Positions 36,876 to 53,714 of a stretch of 64,000 nucleotides of DNA are shown here, in pieces. Under the pieces are notes generated by a model, which was not told the DNA's origin, ran no database searches, and saw only the letters and a program-made list of their open reading frames with translations. The stretch's first letter is position 1. Each line of letters opens with the position of its first letter. A program made the position numbers and the translations under genes. This DNA comes from Macrostomum lignano (Eukaryota). The DNA lies in NCBI GenBank assembly GCA_002269645.1, contig NIVC01001131.1:1-64000 (forward strand), in the 5' to 3' direction.

Positions 36876-38039
36876 TCTCAGTGCACAGACGATTATGCAA
36901 GTATAGGATGATATCTACACAATATTCACTCACTAAGCAGCCTCTAGCCTTGAAGTCCAGAAGAAAAATTGCTTCGTTATGCTTATTTAACACGCTCCAT
37001 TGGGCCGTGAGCCACAACGCGCAGGCCCGTGGAGGCGGAGGAAAGAAGGACCTCAGCGGTAAGACCTTTTGGGTCAGCCTTGCGGGTATTGGGGTATAAA
37101 AAATAGGCGAGGCCATAGTAGACTTATATAGCATTGGCCAATAATCCACTTACCAGACAGAAAGCAACGGAGATCACCGATTCACTTCAGAGAGAGAGAG
37201 AGCACAGGGGCGAAACGGGAGAGACAGATAAATCAAGTGAGGTCCAACACTCGTAGCTAATACCGGTATAAGCTGAACCGAAATGCCAAATATATACACC
37301 ACGATTGGAGGGACAGAGGGGCGAATACTGGGGGGCAGAGGGGTTCAGGAGGTCACACTGGGGATTCGACGGGTCTCTGCTGTATCGATATGTGATTACA
37401 ACTGAGGATAGAGCCTGTTGGACAACTGTGAGTGGGTGTGGAGCGCGGAGATGAGGCCAAAGTGCAGATAACAACTCTATATGGGGAGAGTGCATAGGAA
37501 TGATTTGGATTGTAGACAAAAACGCTGAGGGCGGGGGGGGGGGGTTGGGGACTGACTCCTCTTTTTCTCCCGCGGTCCCCCGGGGTTAGGGGTGTTACCG
37601 GCTGCGTGTCTGTCCTGTCCTGTCGTCCCTTCTCTGCCAGATGCACTGCTTCATCCTCTCTGCCTGGCATGTTTTACCAGAACAGGCTCAATGCTTTGGC
37701 TGCGCCACCCCCAAGGCCTCCCCTAGAAGCAACAGCCAAGGCCAGTTATTTTCCAGGCAGTCAGCCGCCCTACCGACCCTGCCTGCCTGTGTTGTTGGGC
37801 TGATAATTCCCCACAGATAAACTGGCTGGGCTGACTGGCTGACTGACAAGCTTGGCGCATACGGGGAGATTTTGGTTTTTTCGGACATTATTCTTTTGCC
37901 TGTTCTTCTTTCCAAGCTGGTGTTCCTCTGCTAGCCAATATAGTGTGTCTGAATCGGTTTCAAAATTTGTGTCCCTTTAGAAATGTAGTGCACACGTCGA
38001 AGGATTAGTATGTAGATGAGATGAGATAAAATGATTAAA

Positions 38040-39245
38040 CAGAAGGGTAGATAGATTAGATTAAATGGTAGATAGATTAGATTAAATGGTAGATAGATTA
38101 GATTCAATGGTAGATAGATTAGATTCAATGGTAGATAGATTAGATTAAATGGTAGATAGATTAGATTCAATGGTAGATAGATCCGATTTAATTGTAGATA
38201 GATTAGATTAAATTGTAGATAGATTAGATTAAATTGTAGATAGATTAGATTAAATGGTAGATAGATTAGATTAAATGGTAGATAGATTAGATTAAATGGT
38301 AGATAGATTAGATTAAATGGTAGATAGATTAGATTCAATGGTAGATAGATTAGATTTAATGGTAGTTAGATTAGATTAAATGGTAGATAGATTAGATTAA
38401 ATGGTAGATAGATCCGATTAAATTGTAGATAGATTAGATTAAATTGTAGATAGATTAGATTAAATTGTAGATAGATTAGATTTAATGGTAGATAGATCCG
38501 ATTAAATTGTAGATAGATTAGATTAAATGGTAGATAGATTAGATTCAATGGTAGATAGATTAGATTTAATGGTAGTTAGATTAGATTAAATGGTAGATAG
38601 ATTAGATTAAATGGTAGATAGATCCGATTAAATTGTAGATAGATTAGATTAAATTGTAGATAGATTAGATTAAATTGTAGATAGATTAGATTTAATGGTA
38701 GTTAGATTAGATTAAATGGTAGATAGATTAGATTAAATGGTAGATAGATTAGATTAAATTGTAGATAGATTAGATTAAATGGTAGATAGATTAGATTAAA
38801 TTGTAGATAGATTAGATTTAATGGTAGTTGCATTAGATTAAATGGTAGGTAGATTAGACTAAATGGTAGATAGATTAGATTAAATTGTAGATAGATTAGA
38901 TTAAATGGTAGATAGATTAGATTAAATTGTAGATAGATTAGATTAAATGGTAGATAGATTAGATTAAATTGTAGATAGATTAGATTTAATTGTAGATAGA
39001 TTAGATTAAATGGTAGATAGATTAGACTAAATGGTAGATATAGATTAGATTAAATTGTAGATAGATTAGATTAAATGGTGAATAGATTGGATTAAATAGT
39101 AGATAGATTAGATCAAATGGTAGATAGATTAGACAGAAGGGTAGATAGATTAGACAAAATGGTAGATAGATTAGACAGAAGGGTAGATAGATTAGATTGA
39201 ATATTAGATAGATTAGATTGAATATTAGATAGATTAGATTGAATG
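38040..39245. repeat. 21-bp minisatellite (AGATTAGATTAAATGGTAGAT)
   Basis: Direct reading. Confidence 0.98.
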
Positions 39246-39275
39246 GCAGAGAGATTAATTAATGAAGCCGCTCAC

Positions 39276-39581
39276 CAGACGATGACATCACAATGTCGGC
39301 GGCAAAGTCCACACGTTTAACTCGCTCCAATTCTGCCAAGGAGCTGCCCACGCCGCCTTCGACGTCAGGATCGTCGCTAGCCCGATCGAAAGTCGGGGAC
39401 AATTCGTCGGAAGTGGATTGAGTTAGGGCGTCGGCTGATGGAGACGCTGAGAATACGAAAACTTCAGCTTCGGGAGTGGCGACGATCTGTTTGGTGTTGG
39501 CTTCAGCTGCTGCACAGGTGTGGGACAGCTGAACATTTCGAGCTGAGGAGCCCACGCTAGCTGAAGCGTCAGTTGCAAACA

Positions 39582-39615
<34 letters not shown>

Positions 39616-39726
39616 GGGGCTGAGTCGGTGGGCTCTTCCTCCTGACTCTCCCCCATCAGCGAGCACCGGAGGAGCATCTGGGGCGGCTGCTGAGGCGGCT
39701 GCATCACAGGCCATTGGCTGGGCCAT
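39276..39726 (-). CDS. Probable first coding exon (Ala/Ser-rich, polyQ, KRVDF motif); possibly a distal KCNQ N-terminal exon
   Basis: ATG at 39726, 150 open codons in GC-rich non-repetitive DNA, g|gtgagc donor in phase 1. It would join in frame to KCNQ at 31914. Confidence 0.55.
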
Positions 39727-40389
39727 GAGAGGAGCCTATCCTAGTGAACTGTGCCTCTGCTCCGAGCTGTTAGTGTCCGATGATGCCAGTTCGATTTTGA
39801 TTGCAACAGCTGGAATTATTTTCATCCTTGATGTTGAATAATTTTGTCAGAATTTTTTCATCTCGTTACTGAAAATTAAAAATGGATATTGCGATGCAAC
39901 AAATGCTAGAATAGTGAGAGAATGTTCATAAATTCTATTGAAAGTGTCAGAGCCGAAATTTAGTCCGCAATCATTCGCTGCTACAGTGTGTGCGCAGCAG
40001 AAACTTCCCACACTCCGGTGCGGGAATAAAATCTGGGAAATAATAATAGATAATACTAACGGGAAAAGCAAGGCGCTGTACACATAGAGAGGCCAAATAA
40101 AAATTCTGCGCATGCTTAATACGCAGGTTTACGACTTTCATACTTCCACTTCTTCTAGCCGTAAAAAACTTGCAGTGTGAAGCTCAGTTAAGGGACAGGG
40201 CCTGCCGCATTCTCCAGGCAAGCTGCAAGCTATTACAATCCGGTTTTTCCGGTTAGAGGCTTTCTGCGCTGCAGTATTCTTATATTCTCATCAGCTACTG
40301 TCAGTAGAGTGTTGAAAACTGATGGCCTTCTGCCTTTAATTTGAGCATATGCTGTTCTAATGTAACTCTGAAAGCGACTTCAACTGACA

Positions 40390-41730
<1,341 letters not shown>

Positions 41731-42235
41731 AGGATCGCAGAGAATCGCACACAGAGACCGTGCTGCACATGTAATTCATTCAGGCAAGAATGAGACCTGC
41801 TCGCCTATTTAAAAATGAATGAGCTCAAGTCCCAAGCTTCATTCATTATCATTCCGGGCTGACAGCCTCTGCGCCCCAGAAGCTCTGATCGCCAGCCGGG
41901 AATCCTATTTATAAAAGGTCACGTGCGCAAGCATCAGATGATGGCGCTGGCCTTGAGAATGCAAAACCAGTCGCTCACGGAGAAGGAATTCTCTGTCATG
42001 GTTTGTGACTCAGGCAGTGATGTGAATCTTTAGTCTCCGAGATATGAGTGCCAGAGGCCCTGTGGGATGCATTCTTAATTAATAAAACAATAATTATGTC
42101 GTTTTAGGTAAAATTGTATTTTTTCAAAATCTCTGTGAAAATCATTACCGTGTGTTTAACCCCTCGATCATAACGCCTCTCTGTTTCAGCGGCTCATTTA
42201 TCTGTTTTTTTGCCTTCCACTTAACCCACTCTCTT

Positions 42236-42950
42236 CCTCTCCATCTCCCTCTCCATCTTCCTCTCTATCTCCCTCTCCATCTCCCTCTCCATCTCCATCT
42301 TCCTCTCTATCTTCATCTCCATCTCCATCTCCATCTTCATCTCCATCTCCATCTCCATCTCCATCTCCATCTCCATCTCCATCTCCATCTCCATCTCCAT
42401 CTCCATCTCCATCTCCATCTCCATCTCCATCTCCATCTCCATCTCTATCTCCATCTCCATCTCCATCTCCATCTCCATCTCTATCTCCATCTCCATCTCC
42501 ATCTCTATCTCCATCTCCCTCTCTATCTCCATCTCCATCTCCATCTTCATCTCCATCTCCCTCTCTATCTCCATCTCCATCTCCATCTTCATCTCCATCT
42601 CCCTCTCTATCTCCATCTTCATCTCCATCTCTATCTCCATCTCCATCTCCATCTCCATCTCCATCTCCATCTCCCTCTCTATCTCCATCTCCATCTCTAT
42701 CTCCATCTCTATCTCCATCTCCATCTCTATCTTCATCTCCCTCTCCCTCTCCCTCTCCCTCTCCCTCTCCCTCTCCCTCTCCCTCTTACTCTCCCTCTCC
42801 CTCTCTCCCTCTCCCTCTCCCTCTCCCTCTCCCTCTCCCTCTCCCTCTCCCTCTCCCTCTCCCTCTCCCTCTCCCTCTCCCTCTCCCTCTCCCTCCCCTC
42901 TCCTCTTACTCTCCCTCCCGCTCTCCCACTCTCTCTATCTCTCTCTCCTT
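42236..42950. repeat. (CTCCAT)n grading into (CTCCCT)n
   Basis: Direct reading. Confidence 0.97.
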
Positions 42951-43372
42951 GCATCTCGTTCTTCTCTCACCTCTCTACCCTTCTTTTTCGTCTCCCTCTT
43001 TATCCACTACTTAATCCGCTACCATGATTACTTCATTCCTCTGCCCCTCTTACATGAATATCATGTCTCTCCATTCGTTGTGTCTAGTCTATTTTCTTCT
43101 ATTCTCTCGCATCTCTCACTTTTAGATTGACAAAGTGCAACAACAACATTAGTGTGTACTGCTTGCTGGTCTGCCTTCTCTCCCATGCTGTTTAAAGGTT
43201 CCTCCGCGACTCACGCAGTTTTGATATTGAATTCAATCGTTGAACCAATAGTTTCCCTCGGGACCTACGGCCCGAAATGAGTTCTACCGTTTGAAATCAA
43301 TGCTTTGCCATTGGGGCTGAGAGGGTGGTCTGGTTTGAGTTGAAATGAGAAAATCTGTTTTTGCCTCTGCAA

Positions 43373-44415
<1,043 letters not shown>

Positions 44416-44844
44416 GTATTACTCCCATTTCCAACGCAGAGCTCCGTAAAAGCAGGAAAAGCTCCGGCTTCACTTCCAGAGAAGCAATTATTTTCATTAC
44501 TAAAAGCAAAAGCTCTGGCCCCTCAAAAGAGCCAAATTGACTTTATTGCGAACAAAGCTGGTTGTGATTTCTGTAGTAGCAGAAGAGCCGCAGCGATTTT
44601 CCATTGGGAACAGCCTGTGGTGCAATTTTACGACTGTTTCAAAGAGATTGCATTGCCAGCTTCCGGAGTGGAACTGCAAGTCACATTCTATTAGGGGGAC
44701 ACGCTTGGCACACGGACTGTGTCATCAGCTTCTCCTCGGCTGCCTCATCCTTCTCTCTCTGCTTGTCTCCTCGTTTCGATTGCAGTTCCACATCGCTTCA
44801 GTCGGGCTTTTCTCTCCATTGGTTCCTTTCGATTTGCTTTGCCA

Positions 44845-44931
44845 TCTATCTATCCATCTATCCATTTAGCTATTTATCTATCTATCTATCTTTCTATCTA
44901 TTTATCCATCTATCTATCTATCCATCTATCC

Positions 44932-45023
<92 letters not shown>

Positions 45024-45024
45024 G

Positions 45025-45098
<74 letters not shown>

Positions 45099-45137
45099 AA
45101 TCTATCTATCTATCTATCTGTCTATCTATCTATCTAT
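44845..45137. repeat. (CTAT)n microsatellite
   Basis: Direct reading. Confidence 0.97.
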
Positions 45138-45691
45138 CAATGCCAGTTTGAGAAAGGCATTGCACCCTAATTTCTACAACAGCCCAAATGCTTCGAGTTT
45201 CCAAAAGCCAGTCTGAGAGACGGATGGCTGTTTGAAATTAATTTTCTTCAAGCCGCTGAGCGCCCAACCCCCCGTGCCAACTCCACTTCTGCAGACGGGG
45301 GATCCACAGTCAGGAAATCGAGAGTGTGCGAGAATGAAAAAGCGAGGAGAAAAAAATAGAAGAACAGAAGTACTCGAGCGTTACTTCGCTCGCTTATTGA
45401 GAGACCTCGGAAATTAATCAATAGATTGCTCGGCGCAGCATAGGGCGGGGCCGCGGGTCGCAGATGCACTGCCAGAGGATGAGAAAAGTGATTGAGAAGG
45501 AGAAAAATGTGGAAATTGGATAGCAATCAGGGCTGGGTTCGCCGTAGGAGCGGGGAGAAAGGTGAAGGTCTGTACGCTGACTCTCAGTTTTGTTATAAGA
45601 CGAAAAATTCCCGAAATAAGACATTGGTAGTTGTCATGACTACCAGATTAGAATTAGTTCCCGAGTAGTCTGTAGGTAAAGTGAATTAAGC

Positions 45692-47465
45692 CTGAAAGTG
45701 AGATACAATGAGATCCTGAAGGTGAGATACAATGAGATCCTGAAGGTGAGATACAATGAGATCCTGAAGGTGAGATACAATGAGATCCTGAAGGTGAGAT
45801 ACAATGAGATCCTGAAGGTGAGATACAATGCGACTGAAGGTGAGATAAAATGAAACTGAAGGTGAGATACAATGAGACTGAAGGTGAGATACAATGAGAC
45901 TGAAGGTGAGATACAATGAGACTGAAGGTGAGATACAATGAGACTGAAGGTGAGATACAATGAGACTGAAGGTGAGATACAATGAGACTGAAGATGAGAT
46001 ACAATGAGATCCTGAAGGTGAGATACAATGAGATCCTGAAGGTGAGATACAATGAGACTGAAGGTGAGATACAATCAGTCTGAAGGTGAGCTACAATGAG
46101 ACTGAAGGTGAGATACAATGAGATCCTGAAGGTGAGATACAATGAGACTGAAGGTGAGATACAATGAGACTGAAGGTGAGATACAATGAGACTGAAAGTG
46201 AGATACAATGAGACTGAAGGTGAGATACAATGCGACTGAAGGTGAGATAAAATGAGACTGAAGGTGAGATACAATGAGACTGAAGATGAGATACAATGAG
46301 ACTGAAGGTGAGATACAATGAGACTGAAGGTGAGATACAATGAGACTGAAGGTGAGATACAATGAGACTGAAGGTGAGATACAATGAGACTGAAGGTGAG
46401 ATACAATGAGACTGAAGGTGAGATACAATGAGATCCTGAAGGTGAGATAAAATGAGACTGAAGATGAGATACAATGAGATCCTGAAGGTGAGATACAATG
46501 AGATCCTGAAGGTGAGATACAATGAGACTGAAGGTGAGATACAATCAGTCTGAAGGTGAGCTACAATGAGACTGAAGGTGAGATACAATGAGATCCTGAA
46601 GGTGAGATACAATGAGACTGAAGGTGAGATACAATGAGACTGAAGGTGAGATACAATGAGACTGAAAGTGAGATACAATGAGACTGAAGGTGAGATACAA
46701 TGCGACTGAAGGTGAGATAAAATGAGACTGAAGGTGAGATACAATGAGACTGAAGGTGAGATACAATGAGATCCTGAAGGTGAGATACAATGAGACTGAA
46801 GGTGAGATACAATGAGACTGAAGGTGAGATACAATGAGACTGAAGATGAGATACAATGAGATCCTGAAGGTGAGATACAATGAGACTGAAGATGAGATAC
46901 AATGAGATCCTGAAGGTGAGATACAATGAGACTGAAGGTGAGATACAATGAGACTGAAGGTGAGATACAATCAGTCTGAAGGTGAGCTACAATGAGACTG
47001 AAGGTGAGATACAATGAGATCCTGAAGGTGAGATACAATGAGACTGAAGGTGAGATACAATGAGACTGAAGGTGAGATACAATGAGACTGAAGGTGAGAT
47101 ACAATCAGTCTGAAGGTGAGCTACAATGAGCCTGAAGGTGAGATACAATGAGATCCTGAAGGTGAGATACAATGAGCCTGAAGGTGAGATACAATGAGAC
47201 TGAAGGTGAGATACAATGAGACTGAAGGTGAGATACAATGAGATCCTGAAGGTGAGATACAATGAGATCCTGAAGGTGAGATACAATCAGTCTGAAGGTG
47301 AGATACAATCAGTCTGAAGGTGAGATACAATCAGTCTGAAGGTGAGATACAATGAGACTGAAGGTGAGATACAATGAGATCCTGAAGGTGGGCTACAATC
47401 AGTCTGAAGGTGAGATACAATCAGTCTGAAGGTGAGATACAATGAGCTTGAAGATGAGATACGAT
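45692..47465. repeat. 22/24-bp minisatellite (CTGAAGGTGAGATACAATGAGA[TC]) with a 470-bp higher-order duplication
   Basis: Variant units recur 470 bp apart (GCTAC at 46090/46560; TGCGAC at 46231/46701). Confidence 0.97.
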
Positions 47466-48314
47466 AAGCCTGAAGTTAAGCCAGATGGAGAGCTTCCAGG
47501 AGTCTGAAAAGGCAACCTAACTTACATGTAAACCAGAAAAGTTTCCTTCGACATCAATAAATCCGTTTTTTTGAGAATGTGCGATTGATTGCTACAAAAA
47601 GGATATCTTAGTCTGTCTGCTTTGATTTGAAAAATTAGGCCATTAATCCTAGACTATTGACCTCAAATTTAGTCTGGCCATCGGCCTTCAATTCTTAGTT
47701 CCTAGTTGAGCTTAAAGTCGTTTTTCTACTTGAAAAACTTGAAATCCTAAACTGGGAATAAAATTAAAAGTGCACTCAATCTGCCTGGCGCCCAGAGTCT
47801 GCGTAGTCGAAAGTATTGAAAGCGCCTGGGCCTTTGCCAACCAGACAAATGGGCTGAAAATTCCTATTCAAGCAAGTATTTAAACTTCTGCAGAAAAAGA
47901 ATAACTCCTTTCAAAGATTTTTATGGCCAAACCTGGGCTGGAGCGCAGATTAAAGTTATAAATAAAAGAATACATAATGGGAGCTCACCTATTTGTATGG
48001 CTGGGCATCGTGTGCGTGGAGGAAAATATTTTGAACTAAGCATTCGGTGCCTCGGTTCCTGGAGTTCAGCTGAGGACTGGGGAAATCAGAGTTTTACATT
48101 CCCTGGGGGAGGGGGGGGGGCTCGGGTGTTCCAGGGTTTTCGGCCAATCAGTGAGTTGGGAAGCTGGGCTCCATCTGTAGGTCATACTGTCGGACATAGG
48201 GCTAGATAGAATCGACAGAAAGAGTGACTGTACGTTGAGGATGGAAAAGGGAATATTCTGCGGGTTAACAATACTAAATATTAGTCCCACTTTAGACCAT
48301 TACTTGAAACCAGA

Positions 48315-49415
48315 AACTTAACAAACCACAACCTTCACTAACCACAATCCTTAAAAACACAAACCTCACAAACCAAAGCTTTGACAAACGGAGCCTCCAC
48401 AAGCCAGAGCCTTCACAAACCATAACCTTCACAAACCACAACCATCATAAACCACAGCCATCATAAACCACAAGCATCATAAACCACAAGCATCACAAAC
48501 CATAACCTTCACAAACCACAAGCATCATAAACCACAACCTTCACAAACCACAACCATCATAAACCACAAGCATCACAAACCATAACCTTCACAAACCAAA
48601 ACCATCACAAACCACAACCTTCACAAAACACAACCTTCACAAATCACAACCATCCAAAACAAAAACCTTCACAAACCAAAACCATCATAAACCACAACCA
48701 TCATAAACCACAACCATCATAAACCACAACCATCATAAACCACAACCATCATAAACCACAACCATCATAAACCACAACCATCATAAACCACAACCATCCA
48801 AAACAAAAACCTTCACAAACCAAAACCATCATAAACCACAACCATCATAAACCACAACCATCATAAACCACAACCATCATAAACCACAACCATCATAAAC
48901 CACAACCATCCAAAACAAAAACCTTCACAAAACAAAACCATCATAAACCACAACCATCATAAACCACAACCATCATAAACCACAACCATCCAAAACAAAA
49001 ACCTTCACAAAACAAAACCATCATAAACCACAACCATCACAAACCACAACCATTCCAAACCACAACCATCATGAAACACAAGCATCACAAACCAAAACCA
49101 TCACAAACCACAACCATTCCAAACCACAACCATTATGAAACACAACCTTCACAAACCAAAACCATCACAAACCACAACCATCACAAATCACAACCTTCCA
49201 AAACAAAAACCTTCACAAACCACAACCATCACAAACCACAACCTTCACAAACCACAAGCATCACAAACCACAACCATCATAAACCACAACCATCACAAAC
49301 CACAACCATCACAAACCACAACCTTCACAAACCACAACCATCACAAACCACAACCTTCACAAACCACAACCATCACAAACCGCAACCTTCACAAACCACA
49401 AGCATCACAAACCAT
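48315..49415. repeat. 16-bp minisatellite (AAACCACAACCATCAC-type)
   Basis: Direct reading. Confidence 0.95.
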
Positions 49416-49800
49416 TCAGAATAAAACCTAGAAATCGCAATAAGAATTGTTTGAAAAAGACTTCTGAAAAGGTCTCTCAAACAGTGGAAACTTGGTTAGA
49501 CGTTTCATCCAATCTCTATCAGAAAAATATTAGAATTGAAAAAAAGCTGGGATCAGAAATTTGACAAGCGATCTAATCAAGGTCTGTCTTAATTGAAGAC
49601 GTGGCTTGCTGCTCGAAATCTTAATCTGCTAAGACCGTTTCTTGCGACATTTCGTTGATTAGTAGATTTCCTCGTCATCTTTTTTTAGTCTAAAACTTAA
49701 AGAAGACGAGCCTGTCAGCTGGGAAAAGAACTTTTTGAATTCATTAGTGTCTTTAAGTGTCTTCAAAGTTTCGTTGGAGTGCCATTTGAGTGTCTTGAAT

Positions 49801-50700
49801 TAAGCAACCGTATCTTGAATTAGGTAACCGTGTCTTGAATTAGGTAACCGTGTCTTGAATTAGGTAACCGTGTCTTGAATTAGGTAACCGTGTCTTGAAT
49901 TAGGTAACCGTGGAGGGGGCCGTAGCCCAGCGGTAGCGCAGCTGCTTTGGTGTGCCGCAACCCAGGCTCGATTCCAAGTGCAGCCACATTAATTTGGGGC
50001 TGGATTGGAATCTTGGCTTGGTTCGCTTGTGCAATTAACGGCCTTGAGAGCCAACCCCCCAAGGCGCAGTGAAGTGTACATGCCTAACAATTGATAAAGT
50101 TAGGGCCGCTGTACACTCCTGTGTGAGTGTGTGCCTGCGTAACGTATCCGCGCGCTTGTATGCCTGCTCAGGGGAGTCGGCGGAATGGGCAGTAATGCCT
50201 CTCGCCGGTTGTGTGCCTATGTCGCTTAAAGTGCGCCGGGGTGCACACAACCCCCCTGCCTCTAATAAAAAAAATAGGTAACCGTGTCTTGAATTAGGTA
50301 ACCGTGTCTTGAATTAGGTAACCGTGTCTTGAATTAGGTAACCGTGTCTTGAATTAGGTAACCGTGTCTTGAATTAGGTAACCGTGTCTTGAATTAGGTA
50401 ACCGTGTCTTGAATTAGGTAACCGTGTCTTGAATTAGGTAACCGTGTCTTGAATTAGGTAACCGTGTCTTGAATTAGGTAACCGTGTCTTGAATTAGGTA
50501 ACCGTGTCTTGAATTAGGTAACCGTGTCTTGAATTAGGTAACCGTGTCTTGAATTAGGTAACCGTGTCTTGAATTAGGTAACCGTGTCTTAAATTAGCCA
50601 ACCGTATCTTGAATTGGGCAACCGTGATTTAGGTAACCCTGATTTAGGCAACCGTATCCTGAATTAGGCAACCGTGATTTAAGCTTTCGTGATTGAGGCA
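49801..50700. repeat. 20-bp minisatellite (TAGGTAACCGTGTCTTGAAT) interrupted by a SINE
   Basis: Units on both sides of 49913-50274. Confidence 0.97.
49913..50274 (+). mobile_element. Full-length tRNA-derived SINE, about 360 bp
   Basis: tRNA-like head with A-box TAGCCCAGCGG and B-box GGCTCGATTCC, A-rich tail TAATAAAAAAAA, 12-bp flanking duplication TAGGTAACCGTG; homologous copies at 3335 and 51458. Confidence 0.85.
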
Positions 50701-51457
50701 ATTAACCGTAATTTACTCAACCGTAACAGTTTACACTCTGAAAGTGTATTGTCGCTTTGATTTGCCAAGATTGATGTTGATTAATATTTTTCCTTCAGCT
50801 TTCCTTAGCTATATTATATACACATATACGAGCGTATATACTTAAACTACTTGAGAACTAATCAATAAAAATCAACATCGCATAAGGTCTATAATTATAA
50901 GACAACATAACAACATAACCAGTCGTCAGGTCCTTGTAGGACGAGTCCATCTAGGTCAATAAAACAGTTGAAAGTGCATCAGATAGACTGCTGCCCATCG
51001 TGCATGCTTTTTTCCTCTCGCCGGTCGAGATGCACTCGAATCGTCAGCTCGACAGCCTCGTCTCGGCAAGGCGCATCTGTAAACAGATCGATTCTGTTAT
51101 GTTTAGATTCGATTCTAGCCCCATGGAGGGAGAAGATGTGGCAGTGGGAAATGTATCAGCCAACAAAGTGAAAGAAAGAAGAGTGCGGTTGAGAGAGAAC
51201 AAAGGAGAAAAAATCGCGTATATTTCTACAAGTTGACACAAAAACTGTTGCCAGGGCGTTGGGTCGGAGGCTGGCCCAGTGGAAGAGAATCCCCTCCTGT
51301 ACAGCAGAAGTGTAAACTAATGCTTTACACAGTCCATCCCCTTTTCTCGTTCCAGCTAATGGATAGGGAGTGAATCATACTGAGGGAAGAGGAATAGGAA
51401 GGAGCTAAAACAGCTTTGGGAGTTCAAGGAGGTCAGGATAAAGCAACCGGATGGGGA

Positions 51458-51700
51458 AGGGGGGCGTAGCCTAGTGCCAGCGGCCCAGGCTCGATTCCAA
51501 GTGCAGTCACATTAATTTGGGCCAACCCCCCAAGGCACAGTGAAGTGTACATACCTAACGATAATTAAAGTTAGGGCCGCTGTACACTCCTGTGTGAGTG
51601 TGTGCCTGCGCGTATGACTGCGTACGTATCCGCGCGCTTGTGTGCCTGCTCAGGGGAGTCGGCGGAATGGGCAGCAATGCCTCTCGCCGGTTGTGCGACC
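51458..51700 (+). mobile_element. Internally deleted, 3'-truncated copy of the same SINE
   Basis: Shares CCAGGCTCGATTCCAAGTGCAG, GCCAACCCCCCAAGG and GGGGAGTCGGCGGAATGGGCAG. Confidence 0.85.
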
Positions 51701-52147
51701 ATGTGATTTCCACTCCAATGATATAGTTCTAGATCTCCATGGCAATCTGCAATCAGACCCTTATAGAATATTTTAATGTCTCGGGCATGAGGTTCACACA
51801 GAACTGGGCCAACAGATTTCAACTTTCAGCTTTTGCCAGCGTACAGAATTGTTAAGCAAGCATCGAATGAAGTATAGTCGTGAGGATTTCACCCATTTGC
51901 GCATTTACCCCCCCCCATCGCGTCTGCATCATCAGCTGTCCCAGCAGGCCTGATGTGCAAACAGACCAATGACAAATGCTCAAAGGCTGATAAAAGATAA
52001 AAACATGATCGCTGAATGGAATGGGAAGAGACCAAGAGGAGAATTATCCTGTCAGAGCGCTGACATTCTGCTGCAATCGGAGCCGGTCGCGAGAAAGATG
52101 GAATGCGGGCAGACTGGAATCGGCGGGCCTGAGCCTCGCAGGCCTCC

Positions 52148-52740
52148 CTTCCTCTCAGCTCTTCTCTGGCCACGTCTCCCCCTCCCTCTCAGCTCTTCTC
52201 TGACCACCTCTCCCCCTCCCTCTCAGCTCTTCTCTGACCACCTCTCCCCCTCCCTCTCAGCTCTTCTCTGACCACCTCTCCCCCTCCCTCTCAGCCCTTC
52301 TCTGGCCACCTCACCCCTCCCTCTCAGCTCTTCTCTGACCACCTCTCCCCCTCCCTCTCAGCTCTTCTCTGACCACCTCTCCCCCTCCCTCTCAGCTCTT
52401 CTCTGACCACCTCTCCCCCTCCCTCTCAGCTCTTCTCTGACCACCTCTCCCCCTCCCTCTCAGCTCTTCTCTGACCACCTCTCCCCCTCCCTCTCAGCTC
52501 TTCTCTGACCACCTCTCCCCCTCCCTCTCAGCTCTTCTCTGACCACCTCTCCCCTCCCTCTCAGCTCTTCTCTGACCACCTCTCCCCCTCCCTCTCAGCT
52601 CTTCTCTGACCACCTCTCCCCCTCCCTCTCAGCTCTTCTCTGACCACCTCTCCCCCTCCCTCTCAGCTCTTCTCTGACCACCTCTCCCCCTCCCTCTCAG
52701 CTCTTCTCTGACCACCTCTCCCCCTCCCTCTCAGCCCTCA
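52148..52740. repeat. 34-bp pyrimidine-rich minisatellite
   Basis: CTCTTCTCTGACCACCTCTCCCCCTCCCTCTCAG units. Confidence 0.97.
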
Positions 52741-53714
52741 CTTCTCTACCTCTCACTTTCTCACTGGCTACTTTTCACCCTCCCTCTTACCCCTTTCTCT
52801 CCTATGACTAACTCTCACCCCATCTCTCATTCCACTGGCTACCTCTCACCCTCCCTCTCAGCCTTCACTTCTCTACCTCTCACTTTCTCACCCTCCCAAT
52901 CCTCTGGCTACCTCTCATCCTCCCTCTCTCACTCTCACCTATTTTTTAAATGCCTCTCAGTGTCTTCCTTCCACCCGTTCAATATGCAGCTCAATTCATT
53001 CATTTCCCACTCACAAAAGTTCCTTTCAATTTTAATTGCCGTCATTGCACAGGCCCTTTCAATATTTTTTTTTCTCTTTCTATCTCTCTCGCTTTCTCAA
53101 TCTCCCTTTAGGTCTCCAGTTTTGAATCCCCCTACAAAATGGATATCGTAATCTGGTAAACAGAATTTTCCAGTCTAGAAGGGAACGACAGAGAGAGAGA
53201 GAGGGGGGGAGAGGGGGGAGAAGCAGACTGACTGACTGATATGTTCTCGCGCGAATAGTGTACAACACACAGACAGCCTCCACATCTTTGTCGGGGGTCC
53301 CCCAGAGCGCGCGTTTGTCACGGCACGTTGATTAAATAATCTAATTCATTACGTAGCACTCAGACCAGTGGCCCCAGCTCTGGATAGACTCACTCTGGTC
53401 CGGAGAATCCCCTGTGAGGCATTTTCCACACAGCCCAACCGCTCTAATAGATTCCCTCGCTGCGCTACAACTTCAGTCTGCAGTCTAAAGTTTTTCCTAT
53501 TCCCATATCCACACTGCCCCTATCCCCATCTGGCTTTGTTGCTTACTGGGTTGGCAATTGCTTTTAGTTTTAGCGCTGACAGCAAAATATGGATTATTGA
53601 CTAGCTGGGTATGGTTCCTGTTGCTCTCATTCGGTTATCTGTGAATTAATTAGCATGGATAGCAGAAGTGATGATAGGGTGTCGGATAAAAATAATAGAC
53701 TGTCAGTGTAAGGT

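Noticed and set aside
41900-41930. TATA/MEF2-like CTATTTATAAAAGG plus E-box CACGTG as a promoter
   Set aside because: Short motifs are expected by chance and there is no transcript evidence.
49913-49990. Functional tRNA gene
   Set aside because: The cloverleaf arms pair poorly, and the sequence continues into a repeated body with an A-tail and TSD, so it is a SINE head.
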